Part shown: piece after piece, positions 13,830 through 28,150 of the stretch | Numbering within the stretch: position 1 is the first letter of the stretch | How the letters are laid out: every line of letters begins with the position of its first letter | NCBI RefSeq assembly: GCF_009914755.1 | Contig: NC_060933.1 | Length of the DNA stretch: 64,000 nt | Strand: one strand, 5' to 3' | DNA from: the human T2T-CHM13v2.0 reference genome, Homo sapiens | Program-made: the position numbers and the translations under genes | The notes under the pieces: model-generated | Databases searched by the model: none | What the model was told of the DNA's origin: nothing | The model's input: the letters and a program-made list of their open reading frames with translations, nothing else

Positions 13830-15100
13830 CATGGTTCTGTCATAATTCTTTTAGTTCTATGTTTTAATAGTTTTGGTGCTCATTACCAGTACTGTTGCTT
13901 CTCCATTCCCGAGTTAGTCCATCTCCTGATTGAATTTCATTGTCAGGCAGTCTTTTCAAGTTACAGGTACTGCATGCATTCTTTGGGTTCTTATACACTT
14001 CATTGATTCAAAATATTTGTCTTTTGTTTTTATATTACTTGAAGGATTACTTGGCTCGGTATAAAATTTATCAGTCACACTTTTTTCCCCCTCAACTTTG
14101 TAAATGTTGTTCCATAATCTCCTAGTGTTTGATTGGCTGGATTTCTTTGTCCAATGTTTTCTCCTTTTATTAGGAAGAATTTGTGAGTATTATAGTCTCT
14201 GAGTTTCAATGCTTGCTGTTTTCTTTAATGCTTGAGAATGTCTGTCTATTGCTTTCGTTCCTGAAAAATAACTTGTTTGGGAACACTTTCATTAGAACTT
14301 TGTGGTCACTGTTTTATTATTTTGGGACATCTAGTGTTACTGTAGAAAAGTCTGATTTTTCTCCCTCCCTCCTTGAAGGCACTTTTTTTTTTTTAATCTA
14401 AAATGCCTGAGAGTTTTCTTCTTTATTTTTGAAATTCAGTAATATAAACAAGGTATATCTAAGTGTCACTTATAATCATTTTTCCCTAAATTATAATATG
14501 CCCTTAGTTCTTCTAAGAACATTTTCCTTGTTTATTACCATGAATACTTTTTTTTGGTCAAATTATTAGATCCTCTACTTCATGACACCAGTTTTTTTAA
14601 TACTGAATTTTCTTTTGTTCTTCGTATGTATTCTAATTGCTTTGATTTGTCTTTTACCTTTGCATTTACTGTGATCATCTGAAGCCTTTCTTTTTGTCAA
14701 TAATTCTGTTTTCTCCAGTATCTGTCCTGTTTTTGATATTTTAAATGAATTAATTGGTTAAGTCATTGTGTTATATAGGCTCTAAGTTTCTTTAGCACTA
14801 CAAACTGCATTTTCATCTTATTCTGCTTCTTGCTTTTGAGCTTGTTTATTATAAGGTTGTATTGTTTTCAAGTTCTTCATTATGATGAAGTTGTTGAGAA
14901 TTTTCTTTAGTTTTTATTGGGTTATGTATCCTTCCAGAATGGGTTCTTTGCCACTTGTATGCCCTATTCATTTCTTCATTTTGTGTTCTTTCTTGCTTTT
15001 TATTCCCTGTATGTGTGTATTTCTTTTTGTCAGGCTGTAATACATATGCATACAAGTTTCTTCTTGATATGGGAGAACTTCTATGTGGTGCTGATGGGAA
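13830..15100 (-). mobile_element. Ancient L1M ORF1-region fragment
   Basis: T-rich degenerate L1 antisense phrases (ttgaaggattacttggctcggtataaaatt); boundaries approximate. Confidence 0.45.
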
Positions 15101-15753
15101 ATATTTTTAATACTCCACTCTCCTTACCCAAGTTTGTTTTTCTCCTGAGCCCTAGTTTGAAAGCTGTATATTGTTGGAGTGGAGGGAAAGAGAAGGGAAA
15201 AGTGGTGATTCAGAGAGCCAAATGGGGCAATGTGGCTTTTAGGCTCTGCTCTCTTGAAGTACCAAGTATTTCACTCTTGGGTCTGCCCAACTGCTTATGA
15301 ATAAAATTCCTTTGCCTTGTATGGGGACATCATTCGACCTCAGACCTCTCATTTCTCTTTGTTCTGAGCCCTAGAATGTGACCTGACCTTCTCCTTCCCA
15401 AAGCATGGAGATGGTTAAAACTCACTCTTGAAATTTTTTTGTTGACTTTTCCCTCTGTTGCTTATTCATTCCTCGGCTCTACTTTTTGCCATTTTGGAGT
15501 GTATTTCTGGTAAGTGTTTAGGATTTTGTAAACTATTTCCCTACAACCTCTTATTGGAGGTAGGGGTAGAGTTGGGAATGACCATCAATCACATATAACT
15601 TTGTTTCTTATTTTGACTATCAGTCTTCAAGATTTATGGCAGGCCCTTTTATATTTGGTTGCTGCTAATAAAATGTTGGCCTTTTTGTTTTATTTTTTAT
15701 TTTTATTTTTTTTTTTATTAGATTTTGAAGAAGGGAGATTCTAAAATGTAGTT

Positions 15754-15966
15754 CAGGTTTTCTCAGTGTCAGCACAAATAACATTTTGGGTTGGATAATT
15801 ATTTGTTGTGAGGGGGTTGCCCTGTGCAGAGTAGGATATTTAACAACATCCCTGGCTTCTACCCACTAGATGCCGTAGCATTCCCCTAGTTAAGACAACC
15901 AAAAACATCTTCAGACATTGCCAAATATTCCCTGGGGAGAAAAGCACCCTGGTTTGAGAGCCACTA
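15754..15966. mobile_element. MER20
   Basis: catccctggcttctacccactagatgcc...cagacattgccaaat matches recalled consensus. Confidence 0.85.
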
Positions 15967-17451
15967 ATCAATTTTGTTCATTCATCTTTACTCCTCCTAA
16001 ATACCTACATCCAAATTTTAAATAGATCTTTCTCATGTAGTCTGGCAAGTATTATATCAAAGATAAATACCAGTTTTAGAATAAAGCATTAATATACTCT
16101 TACATTTCAACTTAAGAGGCAAATATTAACAGTAGGATTTGTAAACTATTTATTAGACTAAAAATCAATGAATTTTTAAAAATTACAAAATGATTTATGT
16201 ATGTTAGATATTTTACTGAGTGAAAAAATTCATGCTTTTTTAAATGACTTATTGTTTGGAGTAGTGATACAGTAGATTTAATTTTCCCCCTCATTAATTA
16301 AAATCATGTTTTAGCCAAGAAAGTGAACAGAATTCTTATTGGCAATTCAGTTGTTTCCCATTTTGGAGACTGACACTCTCCAGTTCTAAGTTAAATAATT
16401 GTCATGGTAAAGTAATTTCCTTGAAAAGAACGGACATTGATTCAGCCCCTGTTACTCACAAATCCTATTTGAGTCAAATTGGAAAACTATTACGTTTTTG
16501 GGAAAAAAATCAATAGGTATCAGGAAACCATTAGATCTTGTGGCCCTTGCTATATCTTGCATGAGTAATCACTGTAAACAGCTGACCGGTATTTCATTGT
16601 TGACACAGAGTGATGCTTGGGGGACCACATCTTGTCAGAGCAGGTGGACAGCTTTAGACGTTGGAATGAGTTTGATTATCCTTGTTTTTCTCCTACACTT
16701 ATTCTTTTAGACAGCCCTGTCACTAACTGGGCCTGTGATGCTTTCAAAAATCAAATACTTTCCTTGCTGTCAGTTTTCTTTTTCTTGCGTTGTGGCATAC
16801 TAATCAGGGTATGTGGTTTGGTACTGAACCAATTTCTGTCAAAAGCAAGTTTTAATTTATTATTTAGGAAAAATTTTTCCTAAGACCCAGGTTTTATACA
16901 GTCCTAAATAAATAGTGTGAGGAATAATTAGTAATGCCATAGAGTATATAATTTTACTTCTAGTTCTACACAGATTACAAGTAAATTTTTTTTGGGCAAG
17001 TGATTTTGGAATTATCTATGTTTTGTTTTCCTTTTCCTTTAGAGTGATAATTCACTATTTATGATTGAATGATTATCATATTAAAGAGGTGAGAAAATAA
17101 AAATAAGTCTGATGTGCACAAAGCCATACTGCTCAAATTGTTTGATAATATCTGTTAATTAAATTATTATGGCATCGGTAGAAGAATGATGTTTTGTTTA
17201 TATGTGGTTAGAATTGGTCTTTTTTAAAGGAAATAACGAGAGATGGAAATGGAATGAGTATAAATAGTAAAAGGTTCTATCACTATAATTCCCTTTTGCT
17301 ATAAATAGTTAAAGCTTCTATCACTATAATTTCCATAAGAAGATATATGTGTTTACCTGTTAATTTTATCAGGGCAAATTAAAACATGGATAGAATCATG
17401 TTTCTCAATGTGAAGAAATATTTTTATTTGATGAATATTATATATTTTCAC

Positions 17452-17511
17452 GTGCAGTGGCTTCTATGTTTTGGGTTGATGCTGAATTAGGGAGTGATAT
17501 TTACCTTGATG
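17452..17511 (+). CDS. ZNG1: ZNG1 exon 5 (GAVASMFWVDAELGSDIYLD), acceptor mutated to AC
   Basis: Translation continues the CBWD sequence; upstream reads ttttcAC|gtgcag; GTAAGT donor at 17512. Confidence 0.93.
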
Positions 17512-17520
17512 GTAAGTTAA

Positions 17521-17961
<441 letters not shown>

Positions 17962-19049
17962 TAATGATGAAATCTTTGTTCATATAGATTAAAAAACCCC
18001 AGACAGTGGTGGAACTCGATGTCACTCAACTTCCAATTTAGTGCTTCCACTAAGGTTTTCTTTAAAAAAAAAAATGCTTTGTAGGTTTTCTGTATCCTCT
18101 GTTGTTTGATTTATGCCCTTAATATAATGTTAGAGCCTTTTATTTTAATCCTCCAGGCAATATGAGGATCATATTTTTGCTTTTATTTTCTCTTGAAGAT
18201 AAGAATTAAACACTCCTCCCTTACTTTATTTACCTGAACACTTTTGGGCAATGATATGCCTTCATTTAAAATATATTAGAAACTTTCTTAGTTAAGCGAC
18301 TATGTTTTCTCCCTTTCTCTTTCCCTTTTTCACCTTTTTAAAAACCAGTCGAAATTTTCTTACTTTTTCAAAAGTAATAATCATTAAGAAATTTAAGAAT
18401 TATTAAGCTGGGCCCCATCATTGAGCTCTAATATATGTGGCGGGTAACTGGTTGAATTCCTTAGCATAATTAAACTCATTCTTTTGTTATCAGCATATAT
18501 TCAGAGATTGCAAAATGAATTGGTAGTTTGGAAACTTAGGCATATGTTATGTAAAACATTTATGAGTTGGATTTGGATTTGGTGAGAGATGTTAGGAATG
18601 ATACCTTAAGATGTCTCATTCTTTAGGCAATAATTTAAATCTTAAGAAAAGTCTTGATTTTGATTATGTGAAAATAAACTAGAAATAACCTGTCTTATGT
18701 ACTTATCACATTTGACTATGTTATGAAATTTGACTTATATTTTGGATTGTAAGCTTTTTCAGTGCCAAGGAAATCTTATTTTCTTATTTATTTAATTTAA
18801 AATTTTTATTTGTTTTATATCTTCTCTAGTGCCTTAAAATAGTGCTAGCCACTCAGGAAATGCATTGACTTATTACTGGAATTTAATTAAATGGCAGCAC
18901 TGGCAAGAGAAAAAAACAGTACATTGTTTTATTGAGTAGTATTTGTGAACTGAAATAGGTTAGTTTTAATTTTCATTCTGAAGTATGGTTGCACAAGTAT
19001 TAATAAGCATTCTTTTTAAAAAGTGATTAAAATGTTTTTTCCTTTGTAG

Positions 19050-19087
19050 GTATCATAACTATTGTGGATTCAAAATATGGATTAAAA
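19050..19087 (+). CDS. ZNG1: ZNG1 exon 6 (GIITIVDSKYGLK)
   Basis: AG/GT bounded, in frame. Confidence 0.95.
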
Positions 19088-19506
19088 GTAAGTTGAAAGA
19101 TTGCTATGAGTGGCTCATTATTGAGAGCTGGGAATATGGGGATTGATTGTTTAATTTTCTTTATGTTTGTATCTGAAATTTTCTTTAACAAAAATCTTTC
19201 TCAAAAAGATATCCTGAACAATAGGTGAAATTTGTGTTTTAATTATTAGTTTGTGTTAAATATTTCTTTTCTATTACTCTGAGTTTGATTTGGTGATAAA
19301 ATTTGGAATTATAATTTGTAATAAGCATATGGGGTTAGGATAGAGTTTGGTATGTATAGCTCTTCACAAGGATTCAACCCCAATATTGGTAAGTTTTTCT
19401 GTTCCATAGAAGAAGCTGAGCTTGATAAAGCATCTGAGATCTTATTTTTCTTGTTAAATTACTATTAAACACACACTGGAAATGAGTTTTTAAAAAATAT
19501 TGAAGA

Positions 19507-19612
19507 CCTAGGTGATGGGTTAATAGGTGCAGGAAACCACCATGGCACGCGTTTACCTATGTAACAAACCTGCACATCGTGAGCATGTACCCTGGAACTT
19601 AAAATTTAAAAA
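19507..19612 (+). mobile_element. Extremely 5'-truncated older L1PA 3' end (about 100 bp)
   Basis: caccatggcacgcgtttacctatgtaacaaacctgcac; atattgaaga TSD on both sides. Confidence 0.85.
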
Positions 19613-19685
19613 GTACATATTGAAGAAAATCAGGATATACACATAGGATTAGTAAGAAGACTCTCTCCATTAAAAGGCATCTTGC

Positions 19686-19720
19686 ATCGCTTCTTGGTCT
19701 TTTGGCTAAGATCAAGTGTA
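19686..19720 (+). pseudogene. 3'-truncated U2 snRNA retrocopy (nt 1-35)
   Basis: ATCGCTTCTtGGtCTTTTGGCTAAGATCAAGTGTA = U2 5' end with 2 C>T; diverged 13-bp TSD aaaggcatcttgc / aaagacatcctgc. Confidence 0.92.
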
Positions 19721-19972
19721 AAAGACATCCTGCTATGAATGTTTTTGTTAACTTCTAAGGTCCTAGAATGCATTTAAATGAGGTTTAATTTATAAAATGC
19801 ATTTAGTAAGATCTTTAAAAGTATGTTGTTACATACAGTAAAATGATGTTTCTCAACTTCCCAGGTGAAATACCACTAAAGGCAGAAGAGAATGAAATCA
19901 TCCCACCCACTGACCCGTTCCCAATCTGAGCATATGGATAGGGCCCAAAGCAGTAAGTTCTTAGAAGTTTAA

Positions 19973-20344
<372 letters not shown>

Positions 20345-21944
20345 TAAGTTTGCTTTTTTTCCCCAAATCTTTGCTGAAATTATGCTCTAAGGGGATATGT
20401 CAGGTTTGTCAAATAGCTACCAATACCTCTTCACTGGGCCTTCTCTCCCTCGTTGATAGAGTGCCCTAATTTGAAAAGTTTGGAAGAAAACTCCTTTTTT
20501 AGAGTTTAAAATCTCAATTTATGAATTTATGAATATAATTTAAGAATCAAAGAATGATCCCAAATACAGTATTACAGTTTCACGCAGAAAAATTCCAATG
20601 ACTGTTGGAAATCATATTTCTTGCAAAATGCTTATGGAGGTAGCAAAAAAGCCCCAAATTATTCATTTTGAATGTTTATTATAGGCATGTTTGAATCTAC
20701 CTCTTCCATAAATTTATTACAAAATTTGATATACCTATGTGACAGATAACTGCTAAGACATTTTGTTTTTTTTTTATTTTGATAGACTGAAAATGCCATG
20801 CTAAAAGTCAAACTGTTTATGTATTTTATGATTATAGGAAAAATTTTATATGTATAGTTGGGTATGGAGAAGAGTTAAATAGAATCTATTATCAGCATGA
20901 CGGAGGCCAAAAAAACAAAGCAACATTCTGAATAATGCAAACACAGTAAACGTTTAACCTTCTGCTACCTTGATAAAACCTCTTAAATTATTAAATCAAT
21001 ATACCTACACAAAACTGACACACTGTCAGGATAATGGAAACTTTAAATTTTCTAAGTCGGATGCCAGATAAATAACTTTGCCTTGATATAAAGAATTTTC
21101 CAACTTGTCCAATTCCTCTGGTTGCAAAGCTTGACCTCAGTAGCTGCTTGTGATTCAGAGAATTCTGAGGCAGTACAAGTAATGACACTTGGATAATGGG
21201 CAGCAATTTAAGAATGTCATGCTTCACAGAGCCAGCCCATGACAAGTAAAGCTGAGAAATGGTACCCTGTGGCCAGCCAGCCAAATTGAAACTGAAGTGG
21301 TAATTGATATCATGGGGTATCACTCTAATGGGATTGTCACCCATTGATCTGAAATATTCATTTTTTAATCATAGGCAAAGAATTGGACAACTTAAAATGA
21401 CAGCTCTCTATTCTGAGGACTTGACACCCGGGCTACTGACATTGTTCTTTTCAGTTCTACAAATGTGACAGCATTTAATGCAATAGAAGCAATGAATGAA
21501 GTTACCCAGAGAAGGTCAAGTGAGAGGTTTCTTCTTGGTTCCTCTGTTATATTGCACAATCTGTTGAAACAATTCAGTCAGAAAACAGTTAGCTTGGAAA
21601 AGGCCAGAACAATAAATAGACTGACATTATGCAATAATTTTTTAAAAACTAAAATAGTGTTACATCTGTAACCAATCCATTTGAAAGAAATAGTTCCTGC
21701 TGCTGCTTTTTAAAAATGACACCAGACATCTTTGACACTAGATTTATTTCCACTCTGGTCAACAGCAGTGTTCTTTCATAGCCAGTGGGTTTTAAGATAG
21801 TTTTTTCTTTTCTTTCTTTCTCTTTTTTCGGTCCGGCTTCTTTCTTTATTTCTGCAGAAAAGGACACCCTATAGCCCTTCATGAAGTTAGGTCTACAGTG
21901 GTGTTATTTCAGAGAGTTCCTTTGTTTCTCTCTCTAACCCCCCA

Positions 21945-22215
21945 GCTTTATTGAGGTATAATTGACAAGTAAAAACTATATATATTTAAGGTATACAGTG
22001 TGTGAATTACATTATCAAACAATCGAGCTAGTTAACCTATCCATCACCTCACATTGCTATTTTTTTGAGAGGGGGTGGTAAGAACAATTAAGATCTATGT
22101 TTTAGCAGATTCAAGTATACAATAGAATTAACTACAGTCATCATGCTGTAATTAGCTCTCCATGACTTATGCATCTTGTATAACAAACTTTGTATTCTTT
22201 GACCAACATCTCACA
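21945..22215 (-). mobile_element. L1MA/MB 3' end fragment
   Basis: cagctttattgaggtataattgac...ctttgaccaacatctc. Confidence 0.7.
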
Positions 22216-24985
22216 CCACTCCCCTTTAATTTCCTTTGTTTCTTGTGGTAAGTTAAATTGGGGTTTTGATCCTTAGCCTTTTGAATATGTTGGATTAATT
22301 AGTATCAAAATTATTTTTGTCTTTTTTGATATATAAGCAAAAGCCATAGTTGTTAAGCAGAGATAAGGAATACTTTGGACATCTATGTAATATAAAATAT
22401 TTAAAAAATATTTTGCAAAATTTTTTTCTTCATTTACTTATACAGGTGGAATAGAATGCCAAACTTTCCATTTTGTTTTATTTTATAAATGAAAGTCATC
22501 TGACTTAATGACCAAATGGTATATAATGTATTATTGGAGAATGTTCTTTTGAATAGAAGACATTGATTTTATACTTTTTGCAGAGTTTGATTTGGGAAGG
22601 TAGGAAGTCACATGAGGGAAATGCAGGGCTGATGTCTAAAGAAAATAAATGTTAAGATGCACTTATTTTTTTAAATATTTGTATAGCTTTCCTATGGGCA
22701 TAGAAGAGGACATTTATCTCTTCTGCTATAATTGTATATGATTACATATAATTTTAATACAGCTGTAAATATTGGCAGGCTCTCATTTGGGGTGATTTTC
22801 ATTTATTTTTATATTTGATACTTTCTGACTGCCTGGAAGTAGTAAAACGTTAGTCTACCACTGTTAGCTTTGAGTGAAGAATTCTAATATTTTGGAGAGG
22901 TAAATGCATTTAAAACATTGCACATTACCTTGTGAAACTAACATTGTATTAGTTACATTTAGGCATGGAAATGCAAAAACAAATCTGTAATTCTTCTGTC
23001 ATATCATTTTTATGCCTCACAAACTCATAGCCAAATAACCCCAATTTCATATGTTAAAAAAGCTTTCATAAGGTCAATAATATAATATCTTGAAAAATAT
23101 TTCAGTTTAAAAAGAATTTTCAGTACTATAGGATCATTCAGAGGCAGATGCCTTGCCAAAAATATATCATTGTTAAGTAGATTTACTGCTTAATGGGAAG
23201 AGATTTGTTGCTGCATGTTAGATGGCATTTTTCATGTAACATCTTTTATGTATCCCCACAACAGAAGGTGTTAATTACAATTCATTCAACAAATATTTCT
23301 TGAGCCTTTGTGCCAGGCACCATTCCAAGGTCTGTTAGCAGCCTCATTCTCTAGAGGCAGAGTATATAACAATAGGACTTGTTGTAGCCTCAGGCCAAGA
23401 TGAATTATGAAAAAAATATTAAACTTGATCTTTTGGCATGGAATGATTTTTGATACAATACTTGTCAAGTTCTGTGACTTCCATAATTGCAGAGCGGGTC
23501 TGCAGTTGAATTGAACAAGATTTTGCCTGAAGTAGAAGTATCATTGCCATGATTTTATTTCAGTTTTGTTTTCCTCAAAATAGAATTTGCTGAACTTTTA
23601 GAAGGAAAAAATGTTTCTTCTATAGACCTAATCAAGCTTGTTAAATAAAATTATTACCTGCTTGCTCTGAGGTTCCAAACTATTCAGATACCCCTAATGA
23701 TCATCTCCCCATGAATTATGAAACTGGTTTGGCTCTGATATATGGTTATTGACATTTGTGTAGCATTGTACACAGACTGATTTTATGTGGCATAAAAGAT
23801 TTCACAAAGGCTTTAAAATTATGTTCATTTTACTTGATGGGTGTGTGTTCAATTAAAAAAAAAAGTCCCTGTGATTGCATATAAAATATAGTATCCTGTG
23901 ATGATGAGGGTGTTAGATTTAGTTTCTTCCTTTATAAATGAAAATAGCCATCTCCCATAATTATTATGAAAGCTAAATGAGAAAAATGTATATAATTTAT
24001 AAAGTTAGATTCAAGGATTTAATTCATTTGTAAAGTTGGCTTCAAATATAGAGTATTACTATAATCTAGTTGCCTCTAAACCTCAGTAGCCAGCTTTTTA
24101 TTGTGACAGGGAACCTCTATTGAGGTTTGAGGTAATGAGGGTAAAAGTGTAATTTCCCAGAGAAGAAGCTTGTGATGTTGATGACGTTAGGGATGTAAAC
24201 AGGATTATGAGGGGGAAAAAAAAAAACAGACAACAAAACTTGCCTCCAGAGAGATGGAAACTACCACTTGGGCTCTAAGTCAGTGTCAAAATATTTTTTG
24301 GAGTTAGCCTGACTCTGGAGAGGTCAGTAAAATAAACAGTTGCACTGAGAGGCCAGATTAGCAAGTATGGGTTTCTAAATGATAAACTGCTTTTAGGCTA
24401 GAACCAGGGCTGAATCAGCCTTCCCACCACTTATTTGTTTCTAGGGTGTTTGAAAGGCCTAGTACTGAGTTCACGTGGTGCATGATTGTGGGCTGGGGTG
24501 TAGGGAAGTATTTTAGATTCTAATATGGGGGTTTGGTGTGAAGGGAAGTATATTAGATTCTAAGAAACTATATTTCAGTGGTTATCCTTTTTTTAAAATA
24601 AGTAATAATGAATATTTAGAACCAGAACAGTTTTGTAAGAAGGAAAATACCTAAAATCTGAACTGTAATCTTCTATGTTTTTATGACATTATGTGAATCA
24701 AAGGGGTTTTCCTTTTAAGTAAAAGAAAAGGTCAGGAGTATGAAATCCTAAGCCCTCTTCCTCCCCCTATAAAACCCCACAGGTTCACTTGTAGAAAAAA
24801 ATTGCAAATGGGGAAGAAAAATGCTTTCAGCTAGAAAAGTTAGTTTTGGATTTGTGTATTCAGTAACAGAACATGTTGAAGTTTTTATTAAATGCAAGAA
24901 AATGTCTCTAAAGTAAAATCCTTTGTGTTGACATTAGATTTTTTATTGTATTATAGTAACTTTATTCAAACTTTTTTTTGTTTAG

Positions 24986-25032
24986 CATTTAACAGAAGAG
25001 AAACCTGATGGCCTTATCAATGAAGCTACTAG
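24986..25032 (+). CDS. ZNG1: ZNG1 exon 7 (HLTEEKPDGLINEAT)
   Basis: AG/GT bounded, in frame. Confidence 0.95.
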
Positions 25033-25337
25033 GTATTCATATTTAAAGTATATATTGATTGCTGGCTAATCGTAAAGAGAAAAATCACTAAGATGAAAAC
25101 CAAAAACAAACTAAGAAATTTTAAAACATAGTCAAGGAAAATTTGTTTTCTTTTTTTCCCTTAGTTGAATTATTGCTATCTATTTATAATGATCTCATAA
25201 CTAAACTTTTACTTGAAGTCATTTTTGTCGTAGCATAAAGTGAATGCTGAACACAGGAGTTCTGTAATTTTGAGGAACTCGGGAAATATTAACATTTAAA
25301 AATATTTTCTTGTTATACAATTTCTTTGGGATTGAAG

Positions 25338-25341
<4 letters not shown>

Positions 25342-25388
<47 letters not shown>
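25342..25388. repeat. (TA)n microsatellite, about 23 units
   Basis: Direct read. Confidence 0.97.
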
Positions 25389-25392
<4 letters not shown>

Positions 25393-25399
25393 AATAATA

Positions 25400-25723
25400 A
25401 TTATTATTATTATTTTTTGAGACAGAATCTCACTCTGTCACCCAGGCTGAAGTGCAGGCTCACTGCAACCTCTGCCTCCCAGGTTCAAGCAATTCTCCTG
25501 CCTCAGCCTCCCAAGTAGCTGGGATTACAGGCACCCGCCACCATGCCCAGCTAATTTTTGCATTTTTTTATTTTATTTATTTTATTTTTTTTTTTTTTTT
25601 TTTAGTAGAGATGGGGTTTCACCATGTTGGCCAGGCTGGTCTCGAGCTCCTGACCTCAGGTGATCCACCCGCCTCGGCCTCCCAAAGTGCTGGGATTACA
25701 GGCATGAATCCACTGCGCCTGGC
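25400..25723 (-). mobile_element. AluSx-like with expanded T-rich linker
   Basis: Antisense Alu. Confidence 0.9.
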
Positions 25724-26114
25724 GGAACTTAAGTATTTTTGTAACTTTTTTCCTTATGAAAATATGGTTATTATAGAAAATATAAATAAGCCAAATAGAA
25801 AATAGCCAAATTGGATTTGTGATGTACATACTGTTGAAACCTGCTCTTTCAGTGAACTAAAGTTAATTTAGTTTTGAGAATTTAGTTGTATTCTTTGAGA
25901 TAAAGCATAAGACCCTGAATAATTGAGGAAAATTGAAAGAATTTCCAGTTTTACTATCCTGTTAATAGAAAATAGAGCTTCTGATTATTATCATCTACTT
26001 TGTTATCTAGCATTCAGTCAACTGGATTCTTTACAGAGATAATATACAGTATATTTATAGTGATAAAGAAGACATTTGTGCAATATCCTGATATATCTTC
26101 TGAAGTATAGCTTA

Positions 26115-26238
26115 TTTTTTTTAAGAAATGGAGTCTTGCTATGTTGCCCAGGTTGGACTTGAACTCCTGGGCTTAAGGGATCCTCCCTCCTCAGCCTCCT
26201 AAGTAGCCAGGACTACAGGTGTGCTCTACCATGCCCAG
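26115..26238 (-). mobile_element. FLAM-type Alu monomer
   Basis: Monomer flanked by tctgaagtatag TSD. Confidence 0.85.
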
Positions 26239-26751
26239 CTCTGAAGTATAGTTTTAAAAAACCTGTTTAATACAGTTTTTAGTATTAAGTGAAGTTATTC
26301 TATTTCTTTGAAAATTTTGGTAAATATTACAGTATTTTAGTAGGTAAACTCTTCTTCTTTTTACCATATTGGATATCTGAATTTTATGCTTTTCTTCACA
26401 AAGAAAATTATGAGTTTAAAATCATCCTTTTGATTGTAAACTTTTTGAGACTTATCTTTGTAGCACAAGAGTAGCAAGTAACAGAACTTAGTAAATACTT
26501 TGCAAATGGGTAATGTGAAATCTGAACTTGCATAGTAATGAATACAATTCATTCACATTGAAAAATTAGCGGATTAGGAGTAAACTGAATCACTCCTATA
26601 GAGCACTATATAATCCTTAACTGATATATTGATCTACATGAGGTGTTTTTATTTATTTTTAATTTGTTAACATTTCTCTTTTGATGTATTAATCTGCATG
26701 CATGTATATTATTTAAAATTTCTTAACATTTCTTTTTGTTTGCTATTTTAG

Positions 26752-26838
26752 GCAAGTTGCTTTGGCAGATATCATTCTCATTAATAAAACAGACTTGGTT
26801 CCAGAAGAAGATGTAAAGAAATTAAGAACGACAATTAG
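26752..26838 (+). CDS. ZNG1: ZNG1 exon 8 ([29 protein letters not shown])
   Basis: AG/GT bounded, G4 NKxD. Confidence 0.97.
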
Positions 26839-27944
26839 GTACAAAATGATGTGTGTTAAGTGCCTACAGATCCATATTGTATACACAGAATATTTTTTAC
26901 TCTGATTGTTGCCCTGTAGAAACTTAAGGTATAAGGTTGACCTGCTTCAAGAACGTTAGGGAATCACATATATTGTTGATGGCTAATTGTTATATAAATG
27001 GTAATACATAAAATTAGTCCCCAGTGCTTGCAGAATATAGTTCACAGTTAATAGACTGATATTCAGGGTCTTCGCACTCCATCTTTCTTTTCCTGTCTTC
27101 TCTTTGACTCTTTCCTAATGTCAGTCTTCCCTAACTTTACCCAGGATGGTTAATTCACTTTCCCATGGATGCATCCTGTCAGTTCCTGTCTTTACTCATA
27201 ATGTATTCTCACTCTGCCAATCCCTGAGTTCTTTCTTGTTCTGTTTTTTTTTTTTTTAATTTATTCTATAGAGCCTATTCTGTCTCTCCCCGCTTCCTAT
27301 GTGAAGTCTTCCCTGACTCAAGTGGTCTCAGTTTTCCCTGAACTCTTGTTGACTTCATCTTCCTTAACTGTCAACCATGCATTGTCTTCCAGCTTGCTTG
27401 TATATCTTCTTTGTCCATAGCCAAGGCTGATCAGCATAGGACAATCAGGACAATATGAATGATGCTCAAATATGTGCTAACAGTCATTTTGCTGACTGTT
27501 CTGGAGACTCCCATTCCTTTTGAAAACAAAGATGGACTTTTCAAATGAAGTTATAGTTCAGGGACTTTGTTTTGAATTATTTTGTAAGACCTGAACTAAT
27601 AAAAGCCCTATACAGAGAGACATTCGGTAGCTATTATTATTGGTTATCTTTAATGTGTACAATGCTTTGAGCGTGATGGCTCAAAATTACTATTCTTAGT
27701 ATTTATAAGTTCTACTGACTAGATTTTCAATCTGTCATCTCAGTTCATATAGTATATATTATAAATTGAATCAATAAAGGTAAGGCTCATTAGGAGATTA
27801 TTTGCCATGATTAATGATTGTGGAAGAAAGAAATTCACATTTTTTCCACATATTTCATCTTATTTTAATAGTAATGTCCTTAAACTTTACTATAAAAAAA
27901 TATAATGTCTCCATGTGGAGGGTAGGTATTGTTGCCTAGTGTTG

Positions 27945-28150
27945 AAGATCACAGACCTTGGAATCTGCTTGGGTTCTAATCCTTGGTCTGTTTCTCATTG
28001 TCTTCTTAGGGAGCTTATTTACCCTTTTAAAGCCTCCTCTGTAAAAGGCATAATGCCTATCATAAGTTTGCTTTGAGTATTACATGAGACAATGTTGGTA
28101 AACTTTGCACAGTGCTGACACATAGTAAGTGCTCTGTTAGCTATTATTAT
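27945..28150 (+). mobile_element. MIR
   Basis: gggttctaatcc...cacagtgctgacacatagtaagtgctc...agctattatt. Confidence 0.65.

Noticed and set aside
20991-21344. 117-aa minus-strand ORF in non-repetitive intron 6 sequence
   Set aside because: No recognisable motif, splice structure or promoter; length is compatible with chance
22430-22460. Acceptor-like tacAG|gtggaatag as another cryptic exon
   Set aside because: No convincing paired donor nearby; such motifs are common in AT-rich introns
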